Made by a program: the position numbers and the translations under genes. The notes below the pieces were generated by a model. It was not told where the DNA came from. It did no database searches and saw nothing but the letters and a program-made list of their open reading frames with translations. From a virus (taxonomy: Duplodnaviria; Caudoviricetes), in the IMG/VR virus record IMGVR_UViG_3300011871_000002, positions 1-64,000 of that record: a stretch of 64,000 bases of DNA; one strand, 5' to 3'. Shown here in pieces: positions 37,901-48,053 of the stretch (its first letter is position 1; the number at the start of each line of letters is the position of its first letter).

Positions 37901-40900
37901 TTGGTTTTACCCCAGATCCCACGCCCGGCCTGTCCTGCACGACCATTGCGCACTTGGCGTTGACGGCGACGCCGACGCGCTTCTCGCTCTCGGCGCTTCT
38001 TGCGCTTTTCTGGTGTATCGTTGGCCGCATCGATGTCGATGTTCAAGCCATCGTCGTCGTCGTCGTCCTCATCCTTTTTCTTGAACAAGTCGAGCAGTTT
38101 CTTCATCATACCGGCACCACCGAGTCCGGATGCTTTGTCGCGGGCGGCAGCCAGCTTTTCAGCCAACTTCTCTTTGGCAGCCTTAAGCTTTTCCTTTTGG
38201 CGCGCCATCAAGTCTTGATAACTACCCTCCCGGATACCGTCACCATCGCGGTCACCCAGTACCCGCTTCTTGCCAAAGTATTTCTCGAATAAAATACTGA
38301 GCTTGTCCTTACCGCGGTTCTTGCTATCACGCAGACGTTCTTTGAAGTTCGCTACCTTGTCCTTGAAGTCCAGCTCTTCGATTTTACTCTTGAGCTTACG
38401 GAAGCGATTCTTCACGCCTTCAACTACCTTCTTGCCACCTTCGCCAGAAGCTACATCCACCGTTTCTGCAAACGTCGTGCGCTCACCCGGCAGCCGGTCA
38501 TTGAGCATGTCGCGAATTTGCAAGAGCAGCATCGACTGACTACGGGTTTGGCGCGTGAGTGACATACCGAGATTGAATTCAAAGCCGCCAGCCAAGCCTT
38601 TGACTTTGCCCAGCATCCAATCCTTCATGCGGTTACCTGCATTCTGAATACGCTTGAGCGTACCCATCACCAGATTCTTCCCACGCTGGAACAAACCGCG
38701 GTAACCAGTCTTGAGTGGCTGGCCGTGCTTGTTAAGCAGGCCCGATGCAAGCTGCTCTTCCGTCAAGACCACATCACCCACGCTATTGAGCACTGGACCG
38801 TCGATCTGAGAAGGCCGGGTAACCGGGTCACCCGTCACACGTGAGCGGTAACCGCCAGCACGCATCGTGACAGCCAATAGCACTGGATCGGTTTTACCCG
38901 CCACATACACGTCCTGTGGTTGGTCGAGCAGTTCGCCCAGCTTCTTATACCCTTTTTCTGCGAGCCCCAGCGCCGTGCCGTAAATACCTGGCACCAAACG
39001 TTTGGTGAGTTCCCATGACTTTTGTCCTTGCTTTTTCAAGAAGCCAAACGCTGCCAAGGCGCGCTTGCCGACACGGGAACGCTCAAATGCTTTCATCGCT
39101 TCTTCGCGCGACATGATGATGTTGCCATTGGCATCCACCACAGCGCCTCGGATATCACGCAATGACTTGATGACTTGTCCACTGGCTTGGTCGTAATACT
39201 CACCAGCTTTGAGTCGCCATGACAACAACCGCGGCTTGGCCTCACCTTCAATGTAGATATCATTGAAGTCTTTCCACTTGTTGCTCAGCCAGTTACCGGC
39301 GTTCTTGGCACCACTCCAACCAGAAGTCATCCAGTTTTTAGCGACTTGGATGTGGCTCTTACGTTTGTTATTGAGCCACTTCAAGCCCTTGATGCCGCTA
39401 TCCCAAGCACCAGCGCCCAGACTACCCAGGCTGCGGTTCCACCAGCGACCACCCGAACCACCACCACCACCACCTGGGCCACCGCCCTGGGTGAGAATGC
39501 CGCGTTCGAGCATCTCGACAATGGTTGCCAAGAGGCGGTTGCTATCGTTCACAGCCGAAGTCGGATTGGCCGCTTCGATGGCGCGCACGATCTCGCTCAC
39601 CGATTCTTGTGACATGTTGCCACCCGGACCCACCGGAGGAGGCTCACCTTGTGCTTGCGGCGGTACACCGGGCTGTTGCAGGTTGGTCAAGCGCGGGATA
39701 GGGCGCCCCAGGCCACCACGGTTACCACCGCCCGCTGGTTCACCACGGCGGCGCGATGCACGGCGTGGATTACCTCCTGCACCGCCTGGTGCTGGCGCAT
39801 CATCGTCTTCCAGCAAATACTGACGCAGGCGCTCCATGTCGATTTGATCACCACCTTCAGTGAGCAAACCGAGCGACTCCAAGTGGTGACGCTGATTGAC
39901 GTTGACGAAGTCTTGGATGGTGGCGCGTTTGTCTGCCAAGCGCAAGCCGAGGTTTTGGAACTGCCTTGCAAACACATGGCGTTTTTGGTTGCGATTATCG
40001 TCGGCAAAGAAGTTCTTGAACACGTCTGCCATCTCTTGCGCATCTTGACGGTTCATGCCCTGGTAGACTTCCGAGCTACTATCGGAATACAGCGCTGGAT
40101 CACCCACCCCGTTTTTCAGGTTATGTTCCAGCATCAAGCGGCCGAGTGCGCGTTTTTGCGTATCGGAAAGTTTGCCCCCTTTGTCGATTTCCTTGACAAA
40201 ACTGTCCAGCTCGTACTTGAGCGCATCCTTGTCACTCTTACCTGCCAAGCGTTTAAGGATGTTTTTGGTCACGTCTGATGATTCTTGGAACTTGTTGCTG
40301 GTGTAGTCAAACTCCACCAGTTGCTGGTTCTCATCACCAGTACGCAAAATCTTCAGCTCACGGTAGATGCGTGCCAGATAGCCTGGAATGATATCCGTGA
40401 TCGAGCGGTTGGTACGGCGGTTGAAGGTATCGACATTGCGCACGTCTTCGAGTTTATCGATTTCCACATTGGTCGATTCTGGCGAGAGCACCGAACGGAT
40501 ACTATCCTTCAGGCTCCACAGCCACTCCGAGTCAGCCCCGAAATTATTCTTCCCGATACCACCCGTACCCTTGGCCCACTGGTAAGCGAGCTGCGGAGCA
40601 TTTTGCAGATAGTAGAGCAAGTTATTACCGCCACGGGATAACCTGTCGTTCTTTTCCAAACGCTTATTGAGCCAGCGTGCCAACTTGCCGGTATGGTGCT
40701 GCGCCAACATACCGCCGCCGAGTTCCGCAGCTTGCTGTCCACCGGTTTGTTGTTGGCCGAACTGGGCCTGCATTTCGCGCAACTCAGCCAGCGAGTCATA
40801 GGCCCCCAGACCGGCGCGGATTTGGTCTGCACCACCACGCACCTTGTCGTTGACTTGTTTCCCGATGCGATCGATCAAGTTCTTGATGAAGTTGCGGCGC

Positions 40901-41766
40901 TTATCCATCAAGGTGTCGCCCACGCCATTGATGAAACGGTTGCGGATGACTTCTTTAAGGCGTTCTGAGTTCTTCAGTTTCACGAATTCCGGCAAAGCCG
41001 TGTTTTTCATGATCGCTTCCAAGTGCGTAGTGGTCACTTGGTTTTGACGCTTGCTTTCTTCGAGCGACTCGGCGTGCACGTAGTAACTGCGCAGCGACAG
41101 TTCCAGCATCTTGCGCTGGTAGTTCACCCCGATCTTACGTTGGTACTGGGACAATTCTTGGATGCCGCGCACCATCGGCGCCAGCATCGACATGGTGTCT
41201 TTGTGGCGGGCAAAGTTCATGCCATCGCGCAGGCGTTCCCGTGCGTTGTTTTCAGCCCGGTTCTTCTGCTGCTCTTGCGCTTGCTCCTGGAAGATGTTGC
41301 CCAGTTCCGCCTGGATACTGGCTTCCTTCATCTGTTCCCGATCGAGCTGCGCTTGGTTACTGCTGGTAACTGACTGGGTCCAGTTCTTAAAGTGTGCTGC
41401 CATCTTGCGCGGCAGGATTTTCTCAGCTGCCGGAATCAAGCGCTGGGAGGTTTTCTTGATGTCATTAATGACCGGCCTGATCTCCTTGGCCGTCGTATTA
41501 ATATGATTCCTCAGTGTCCCCAGCGTCTGGTCCGTCACGTCCAGCGCTTCACCGTAACCGCGCGGCAACGACTTCTTGACGAACGAGCGGATATTTTCCC
41601 CACTCGCCAACGATTCGGCATATCCTTGGCCGGCAGAGAACAGCAACTTAGTTGCAGGCTTTCTGTCGTCTTGGATTTTTGGACCATCACCAAAGTCGAA
41701 ATCGGGTAGGTCAAGCTCTCCGTCGAAGTCGAAGGTGTCCAACTCTAACTTCTTGTTTTTGGCCAT
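34945..41766 (-). CDS. tail-associated lytic transglycosylase / tape-measure-like protein (phiKZ gp181-like)
   Basis: 2273 aa; C-terminal AAIESGF, ATGLYQF and YLAHFLG SLT motifs; GDRDGDG; divergent from vRNAP genes; AGGAG RBS. Confidence 0.9.
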   Translation of the reverse strand: MAKNKKLELDTFDFDGELDLPDFDFGDGPKIQDDRKPATKLLFSAGQGYAESLASGENIRSFVKKSLPRGYGEALDVTDQTLGTLRNHINTTAKEIRPVINDIKKTSQRLIPAAEKILPRKMAAHFKNWTQSVTSSNQAQLDREQMKEASIQAELGNIFQEQAQEQQKNRAENNARERLRDGMNFARHKDTMSMLAPMVRGIQELSQYQRKIGVNYQRKMLELSLRSYYVHAESLEESKRQNQVTTTHLEAIMKNTALPEFVKLKNSERLKEVIRNRFINGVGDTLMDKRRNFIKNLIDRIGKQVNDKVRGGADQIRAGLGAYDSLAELREMQAQFGQQQTGGQQAAELGGGMLAQHHTGKLARWLNKRLEKNDRLSRGGNNLLYYLQNAPQLAYQWAKGTGGIGKNNFGADSEWLWSLKDSIRSVLSPESTNVEIDKLEDVRNVDTFNRRTNRSITDIIPGYLARIYRELKILRTGDENQQLVEFDYTSNKFQESSDVTKNILKRLAGKSDKDALKYELDSFVKEIDKGGKLSDTQKRALGRLMLEHNLKNGVGDPALYSDSSSEVYQGMNRQDAQEMADVFKNFFADDNRNQKRHVFARQFQNLGLRLADKRATIQDFVNVNQRHHLESLGLLTEGGDQIDMERLRQYLLEDDDAPAPGGAGGNPRRASRRRGEPAGGGNRGGLGRPIPRLTNLQQPGVPPQAQGEPPPVGPGGNMSQESVSEIVRAIEAANPTSAVNDSNRLLATIVEMLERGILTQGGGPGGGGGGSGGRWWNRSLGSLGAGAWDSGIKGLKWLNNKRKSHIQVAKNWMTSGWSGAKNAGNWLSNKWKDFNDIYIEGEAKPRLLSWRLKAGEYYDQASGQVIKSLRDIRGAVVDANGNIIMSREEAMKAFERSRVGKRALAAFGFLKKQGQKSWELTKRLVPGIYGTALGLAEKGYKKLGELLDQPQDVYVAGKTDPVLLAVTMRAGGYRSRVTGDPVTRPSQIDGPVLNSVGDVVLTEEQLASGLLNKHGQPLKTGYRGLFQRGKNLVMGTLKRIQNAGNRMKDWMLGKVKGLAGGFEFNLGMSLTRQTRSQSMLLLQIRDMLNDRLPGERTTFAETVDVASGEGGKKVVEGVKNRFRKLKSKIEELDFKDKVANFKERLRDSKNRGKDKLSILFEKYFGKKRVLGDRDGDGIREGSYQDLMARQKEKLKAAKEKLAEKLAAARDKASGLGGAGMMKKLLDLFKKKDEDDDDDDGLNIDIDAANDTPEKRKKRREREARRRRRQRQVRNGRAGQAGRGIWGKTKNLLGRAGGGLLRGGGMLARGALGLGGLALGGLGSGLLSGAGAAVSGLGSLALSGLGALGSGLVALVSAPVVLTGLAVAAVGAAGYYGYKYFTRAQLDTYSTVRYAQYGFLASDETHLQAVFSVEKMLEPAVVFSAGKALLDEKKINIRDLVNAFGIDVKNPQQLENFIQWFDNRFKPVFLNNMAALRAVDAKKSLQDVKDLTPAQKRQYFNVAKFAGGPYDVVTSPFPDQGQLAVGSREVAAAIEVAEAALKKEEASAPAKPAAGTAGAAAALAATSTGGQAAALKAALDRKASHSGVRMDANGNLYQSADKAKINQLTQQAKVGAAAVATGAGVTSMSGPSVMADIFNTGRLDAMTALRYRTYGLRDLEADKVRTLFLMDAEVAKGLTIRDGVATWTGSVENMIATMGSAFGVQGLSNDDAYSWINWFNSRYLPTYLAYVTAMASATKKNRLDQAKLALMPTQAVDVATMVYTAKGSENGSPVSVWQVATTPWPGYQLNNDAKTIEGNFQSIKDAAKQSKVIEESTNVQVGITNNSTGSQVKNQQQQGFFSRLFGQRQDSQGKPVSGNIFSRVFNNAKDMVSEAFSGGREINHPGNGTGGDINAIPLPKGSGSWEALRGTISAAAQMTGVDEKLMATMAAIESGFNPTVKASTSSATGLYQFTRDTWSDMMRKFGAKYGIAPGTPPTDARANALLGGEFLKMNAKMLSGLGRKITDTDLYLAHFLGAGGAKKFLSADPNAIAANVMPAEAAANASIFYSNGSPLTIGQVYSKLNGLVRAKGQRFGLNDGSEKLLAGGATPVPAGQPTTATGKQAAALTAALSKKASDHGVSLDANGNLQQKPKAVSIPVSDQSPMPFTGPAAAPSVAKPVVAAAVAVGGSEVPPEATGPYMSQRSLNVNAQQQQQRDMAAERLTTTNQILEASHKVHQKSLEVMIEVRDALKGWTNQAPKSQVLDKPAEVARPAKVQASRPMTSAPVSMAVNR

Positions 41767-41860
41767 TTGACCGCTCCTAATAAACGGGGGATGCTTCACC
41801 CCCTTCATATTTTAAGTCCTTGGCTCGCCAAGTACCGAGATATCCTCTTAAGGTGTCCGT

Positions 41861-43480
41861 ATGACAGAACGTTCCAAAATCCCTTTTAATATCGCCATCT
41901 TGGAGACCACGCCCGCTAAGTTGCAGGCTCTGCGCCCCACGACTGCCTTGGATATTTTCGATGGCAGTGGTAATTTCGCGGAAGATGGTTTCTTCTCTGT
42001 GCTCACCTTTGGTAAAGTGGGCGATCCGCGCCGGATGATGCGGTTTTCCTTTATCGACATCAAAGTCGACATCTTCCACCCGGCGGTGTACCGCGCGTTC
42101 GTCGCGCTCAAACGCATGTATGCGGGGATTCTCGCCGGCACCGAATACGTGTTGTGGAATGATGAACTGGGTGACTTCGAGCGCTCGGACGCTACCTCCG
42201 GCAAAACCGGCTTTGCGTACTTTGTCAAACACTGGAAGAACATCAAGTTTGCTGAAACCAAGTCGGTCACCCGGATGCAAAACATCCTGCTCTTGCAGAA
42301 CTACCGGGACCGCGCGACTACCAACAAAATCATCGTGATGCCGGCGGGCTTGCGGGACATCGAAGTCGGCGACGATGGCCGCACCCGTGAAGACGAGATC
42401 AATGGCCTGTATCGCAAGCTGCTGTCGGTAAGTAACACCATCGCTGAGTCGTCGATTGCCCACAACCCCGAGGTGATCGACACGGCCCGCTACACGCTCC
42501 AGATGACGTTTATCGAAATCTACGAGACGGTCGAACGCATGATCGAGGGCAAGAAGAAGCTACTGCTCGGTAAGTTCGCTACCCGTGCAGTATTTAACGG
42601 CACTCGTAACGTGATTACTGCGATGGACACTGGGGTGCCGTATCTGGGGGCGCCAGGTAGTGTGGACTTCAATACCACCATCGTGGGTCTCTACCAAGCC
42701 AGTAAGGCATTGCTGCCGGTGACGCAATACCTGATGCGTAACGGCTTCTTGTCGAAAGTGTTCCACACTGTCCACAGCCCAGCTACCTTGGTCAACAAGA
42801 AGACGCTCGCCAAAGAGCAAGTGCTACTCAAGCCTGAATACTTCACCCAGTGGATGACGGACGAAGGGATCGAAAAGATCTTAACGCGTTTCTCGGAAGA
42901 GACGCTGCGGGATGAACCCATCGAAATTGATGGCCGCTGGCTGGGCTTGATGTACAAAGGTCCGGACGGCACCTTCCGTTTCATGCAAGACATCAATGAA
43001 CTACCAGAAGGGCGCGCTAAAGAACACGTTACCCCGATTACGTTCTGCGAACTGATCTACTTGGCCGGTTACAACGAGTGGCGTAAATACGCCATGTACG
43101 TGACCCGTTATCCGGTAACAGGGCCAGGTAGTATTTACCCGAGCTGGATGCATGTGCGCACCACCATCAAGTCAGAAGTGCGCCGCGAGCTGGATGAAAA
43201 CTGGCAACCGATGGATGACCAGCACGTCGCGTACGAGTTCCCCACCCGTGGGCCGTATGTCAACAGCATGATGCCGCACTCGTCGCGCCTGGATCGCTTG
43301 ACAGCGGACTTTGACGGCGACATGACCTCCGGTAACGGCATCTACACGCTGGAAGCCTTGCAGGAAATCAAAGACTACTTCGACAGCCGTCGCGCTTACG
43401 TCGACACCAATGGCGAGTTCCTCTACAGTACGGGGGTCTCGACGGTGAACCTCGTACTTCACAACATGACAGGCGACTAA
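41861..43480 (+). CDS. rpoC: virion RNA polymerase beta' catalytic subunit (phiKZ gp180-like)
   Basis: PAGLRD, GTRNVIT, VTRYP and catalytic ADFDGD. Confidence 0.92.
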   Translation: MTERSKIPFNIAILETTPAKLQALRPTTALDIFDGSGNFAEDGFFSVLTFGKVGDPRRMMRFSFIDIKVDIFHPAVYRAFVALKRMYAGILAGTEYVLWNDELGDFERSDATSGKTGFAYFVKHWKNIKFAETKSVTRMQNILLLQNYRDRATTNKIIVMPAGLRDIEVGDDGRTREDEINGLYRKLLSVSNTIAESSIAHNPEVIDTARYTLQMTFIEIYETVERMIEGKKKLLLGKFATRAVFNGTRNVITAMDTGVPYLGAPGSVDFNTTIVGLYQASKALLPVTQYLMRNGFLSKVFHTVHSPATLVNKKTLAKEQVLLKPEYFTQWMTDEGIEKILTRFSEETLRDEPIEIDGRWLGLMYKGPDGTFRFMQDINELPEGRAKEHVTPITFCELIYLAGYNEWRKYAMYVTRYPVTGPGSIYPSWMHVRTTIKSEVRRELDENWQPMDDQHVAYEFPTRGPYVNSMMPHSSRLDRLTADFDGDMTSGNGIYTLEALQEIKDYFDSRRAYVDTNGEFLYSTGVSTVNLVLHNMTGD

Positions 43481-43482
43481 CA

Positions 43483-46400
43483 ATGACGCTATCCCTTTAC
43501 GAACCGTATTTCCGGATTGTGGGTGTCCGGACCACATCACACCTGACCAAGCCGCCACTCATTAATGTGGCCAAGCTGCAACTACCGCGTGGTTCGGTGC
43601 TACACTACATGGGCACCAGTCAACTGGATGTGGCGCCGAAACCGGATGACCCAATCTTCAACGGCTACAAGAACCCGATCCTCATGGATCATGTCTTTAC
43701 GCTGGAAGACCCGGAAGGCCGCCCGATCCAAGTCAGCCCTACCCCGGCCGCTGAGATCAAGGACTACCACGCCAATGGCCGCAACCGGCGTTTCCGTCGA
43801 CTGTACGACCTCAAGTCGGCGATGCGGGAAGACACGTCGCTCATCGTCTACAACTACGGCTACCTGAACAAAGCGTACCGGTACCCGCGCTCGATGTACA
43901 CGGAATACTACCGCTGGAAGAACGATCAAAAGGCGATGTGGAAAAACATCGTCAATACGATCGCTGCTACCGAGCGTCAGCAATTCATCCGCTGCTATTT
44001 GCCCAAGTTGCTGCCCAGTGTGACAGAAATGAAATTGGGTGAAAAGCCTGTTTCGCAAGCCATGCTGGCCCTGTTCGACAATCCTGAAAGCCTGATGCTC
44101 TTGGAATTGTGGAAGTGGTTTGGCAAAGAGCGTCACGAATCGCTCCTCTCGGTACTGAACGAGCAACAGGCCAAGATGGTCAACCTGGTGTTTGTGGAGT
44201 CGGGTCGCTGGTTCGTAGTGAACTTGGGCCTGCTCAACTCCTGGCGCAAGTCGACCGAGGAAGAACTCAAGGCCAAGAGCGGCACCAACACCAAGGGCTT
44301 GAATCCGTCGGATGTGCAGATTCGCTTCCTGCGCCTCATGATGGCCTTGTTTGAAGTGCGTACGGTGGCGGGTCCAGAAACGGCTGACCGCGATGCGGCG
44401 CAAGCTGCGGTCGATGCTGGCAAACCTAAAACGGTGGTACAAAAGACGCCGGCGGTACCCGTGTTTAACCGGGAAACCGGCAAAGTCGAACTCAAGGGCG
44501 AAGAAGACACCTTGTCCTTGGTCGGTACGGGTGACCAAGCCCCGCCAACGGAAACCGGTGCGGATCTGAAACACGATCCGAAAGCCACCGAGGAAATGGA
44601 AGAAGCACTCAACAAGCTTGAATTCTTGGCCAAGCAGCGCTTGGCGGCAATGCAGGAAATTCCAGACGAAGAGGAAGGCGTGTCGGTGGCTGCCAAGACA
44701 CCGGCCGAGCGCATGATGGATGTGCTCGACGCGAAAGCCGCGCAAGGCGTCATCTCGGGTGCGGAGTACAAACGCTACAGTGAACAAGCCCAGGCGTACA
44801 AAAAACTGCTGGCACCGGATGGCTCCACGACCTTGGAGAACTTTGCCAAGATCGATCCAGCGTCGGTAAAAATCAGTGAATCCCCTTCGATCCCAGATAT
44901 CCCAACGGTGCTGGACAAAACCATGCTCAAGTCGAGCCTGCTGGAATTCGACCCGCGCTATGTCAAGGAAATCTTCCAAAAAGACGTGGCCAACATGGTA
45001 CTGGCAGTGCAAGCAGCAGGGATCGCAGTGACAGGTTACGAAGTGGAAGAAATCGAAGACATCGTGGGTGCCTACCGCAGCTACACGGTGCGTCTCTCGC
45101 CGATTGACGGCGCCGCTTCGACACTGCGCTTCAAACTGCCGATCGTGGATGAGGAGGGCACGTATCGTGCCAACGGCATTAACTACAAATTGCGTAAGCA
45201 AGATGTGGACATGCCGATCCGTAAAGTGGCCCCTGCCAAGGTGGCCTTGACGAGTTACTACGGCAAGACGTTCGTCACTCGTAGCGATAAACGCGTCAAC
45301 GACTATACTGTCTGGTTGCGTAATGCCATCATGGCCAAAGGACTAGACGAGGGTGACAACACGGTGGTGGAAGTGTACCCAGCTGACGTATTTGACAACC
45401 ACCTCGTGGCACCGCGTCTGTACACCGCCATGGCCATGACGTTCCGCGGCTTCACGGTGGCGGGTTTTGCCATGAACTTTGACCACACCAAGCGCGAAGA
45501 ACTCTACACCAAAGAAGTTTTAGCTCTGTATGAAAAAGACGGTGCCATCGTGGTCGGGTCGAACACCCAAAACGAATTCATGGTGATGGACAAAAATGGC
45601 GTGCTCTACAAAGGCATAGCCGGGACCCTCACTGACATGGGGAGCCTAGAATCGCTCGTCCATCTCGATAGCAGCAATGCGCCAGTGGACTTTGCCGAAC
45701 TGAAGGTGAAGAACCGCACCGTGCCGCTTGGCGTGGTGCTCGGCTACGAAATGGGCCTGGGTAAACTCATGCGCCTGTTGCGAGTCGAGCCTCGCCGGGT
45801 ACCTGCTGGTGGTCGCAAACACATGCAGCCGAATGAGTACGCACTGGAATTTAGTGACGAGACCTTGATCTTCAACCGCGAAGACCAAAAAGCGGCGCTC
45901 GTACTGGCGGGGTTCCGCGAGTTTCATCGTGCGATTCGTAATTACAGCGTCTACGAGTTCGACCGGCCAGCGGTGTATCTGAACATCTTGGACGCACGCG
46001 GCGGTGCAACTTACATTCTGCGGGAAATCGATCTGATGTACCAAATGTTCATCGATCCGATCACCAAGGAATTGCTGGAAGAGATGAAAGAACCCACGGA
46101 CTTCCGTGGCCTGTTACTGCGTAGTGCCGAACTGCTGTTGGTGGATTACCACCCGGACGAAATCGACGATGCGTTCAAACGTAAGCGTGGTTACGAAAGG
46201 ATGGCAGGCGCGGTCTACGCCAACTTGGTCGATTCGATTCGTGCCCACAATTCCCGTGGTGCCAAATCGAAACTACCCATCGAACTGCACCCGTATGCAG
46301 TGTGGAAAACGATTGCGGAAGACCCGTCGGTCTCCTTGGTATCGGAAATCAATCCGATTCAAAACCTGAAGGAGATCGAAGCCGTTACCCATGGCGGCAC

Positions 46401-46641
46401 CGGTGGCCGGAGTAGCCGCAGCATGACCAAGGGCACGCGAGCATTTCACCGCAATGCCATGGGTACGATTTCAGAATCGACCGTCGATAGCTCGGACGTG
46501 GGTATCAACACCTACACGAGTGCTGACCCGCAGTTCACCTCGCTGCGCGGCACATCCAGGCGCTATGAAGTTGGCACCACCGGCGCAACAGCACTACTGT
46601 CGACCTCGGCACTGGTGTCAGTTGGCTCGGATGTGGATGAT
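43483..46641 (+). CDS. rpoB: virion RNA polymerase beta subunit, exon 1 (phiKZ gp178-like)
   Basis: GGTGGRS and ESTVDSSDVG beta motifs; ends SDVDD at the intron site. Confidence 0.9.
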
Positions 46642-46708
46642 TAAGCAGTATTTTGAATACGACTGAAGTTTACACGCCTATCCTGTGAGAAATCGCTAGG
46701 AGGCAAAC

Positions 46709-47710
46709 ATGTTAAAAGATGAACCAAAGGAAGTCGACGGATTTCCTGGGTTTTATGAAATACCTGGATTTGGAAATTACGCTATCTCTCGCCAAGGAGT
46801 GGTAATCAATTTGCGTGCTGACAGAAAATTAGTCGGCAGTACAAATACCAACGGTTACCATCACTACCGTATCAGAAAAGACGGTGGTGATTTCTTTACA
46901 ATTGGCCGGCATCGATTACTTGGTTTCGTTTTCAAAGGAGCCAAAAAAACTGTACTCGACAGGGTAATCAATCACCTCAACGGAATTAAAGGTGATGATG
47001 ATCTTGATAACTTGGAATGGACTACATACCAAGGAAATGCCGAACACGCTGGTAAACTGGGACTGACACAGTCTTGTTTACCCATCGTAGTGAGAGATGT
47101 AGAGTCTGGTAAAGAAACAGAATACCCAAGTATGGTGGAGTGTGCACGTCACTTTGGCGTGACAGAAGATTTTATCCATTATCGCGTGCGTAGCGGGGGT
47201 AGTCGAGTTTTCCCAGAAAAGAAACAGTATCGGTTAGCAAAGATAGAAGGTCCATGGTTTGTGCCAGAAAACGTCGAAATGGCGCTACTTAAAAATGGAA
47301 CTTCTAAAAAAGCAAGGGTGAAATATGTTCTTACGGGCGAAGTGTTTGAGTTTGACCAGCTAACAAAGTTAGCGGAGTTTCTTAAGATACCACCCCCTAC
47401 CCTGACACTGTGGTTAAAAGCCACGGGTCAACCGGTATTACCAGGTTACATTCAACTCAAAAAAGCAGAGGACACCACTCCGTGGCGTATTGTCGAGGAC
47501 CCTTATCGGGAACTTGATCGGTACACAGGTAAAAGATCGGTTGTGATCACGCACGCAAAAAGCAGAACACAAACGATCTTCTCTTCCAGTATCGAGTGCG
47601 CAAAACTCATGGGTTTAAGTGCCACTACTCTTCATTACCGTCTACAGTCAAAAGGAATGGTAGCATTCTCTGACGGTTACATGTACAGTTATTATTCGGA
47701 TAAAGTCTAA
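46709..47710 (+). CDS. intron-encoded NUMOD4-HNH homing endonuclease
   Basis: IPGFGNYAIS (NUMOD4), HRLL, INHLNGIKGD...NLEW...N..HA; C-terminal SxxECA DNA-binding repeats. Confidence 0.9.
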   Translation: MLKDEPKEVDGFPGFYEIPGFGNYAISRQGVVINLRADRKLVGSTNTNGYHHYRIRKDGGDFFTIGRHRLLGFVFKGAKKTVLDRVINHLNGIKGDDDLDNLEWTTYQGNAEHAGKLGLTQSCLPIVVRDVESGKETEYPSMVECARHFGVTEDFIHYRVRSGGSRVFPEKKQYRLAKIEGPWFVPENVEMALLKNGTSKKARVKYVLTGEVFEFDQLTKLAEFLKIPPPTLTLWLKATGQPVLPGYIQLKKAEDTTPWRIVEDPYRELDRYTGKRSVVITHAKSRTQTIFSSSIECAKLMGLSATTLHYRLQSKGMVAFSDGYMYSYYSDKV

Positions 47711-47719
47711 ACAAAATAT

Positions 47720-48053
47720 TGCATGGTCCTGTTAGGTAGCGATGCTTAACAGAATTTCCTTTAATTGACGGGGACCCCTTTAGAGCCTTGTACACCAACT
47801 TACTACAGCAATGCGGTAAGGGCCAGACTAACTACCTGGGTACGGTAACAGAGACAAGGATTAGGAAATCCGCAGCGAAGCCCCCACTGGGGAGAACGTT
47901 CAACGACTATGGCCTTATCAGCCAGTACCACCAGGCGGTGGGAAACAGGGAACCTCCCATGTGGAGGAAGATATAGTCTCGACATCCGGGGAAAGCCCGG
48001 AGCTGCGCGTAATGGCGCGGGCAGAGGTGTAGCGCCCTCTGCTGAAGATATCG
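47720..48053 (+). ncRNA. group I ribozyme catalytic core
   Basis: P/Q/R/S elements, GACTA/TAGTC P7 pairing, P9-type hairpins CCGGG-GAAAG-CCCGG and GCAGAGG...CCTCTGC. Confidence 0.85.

Larger units (their letters stand above)
46642..48053 (+). mobile_element. group I self-splicing intron with homing endonuclease
   Basis: Exon ends in U, intron ends in G; P 47763 AATTGACGGGGA, Q 47867 AATCCGCAGC, R 47898 GTTCAACGACTA, S 47968 AAGATATAGTCT; splicing restores DD-PRRVNFIGIQ in frame. Confidence 0.92.

Noticed and set aside
43483-46644. Truncated rpoB pseudogene
   Set aside because: The TAA is the first intron codon; splicing restores a 1425-aa frame
46633-46673. Alternative 5' splice site after 46638 (GTGGAT pairing with GTTTAC)
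   Set aside because: It would drop one Asp of the DD motif conserved in beta subunits; less likely, but only RT-PCR can exclude it
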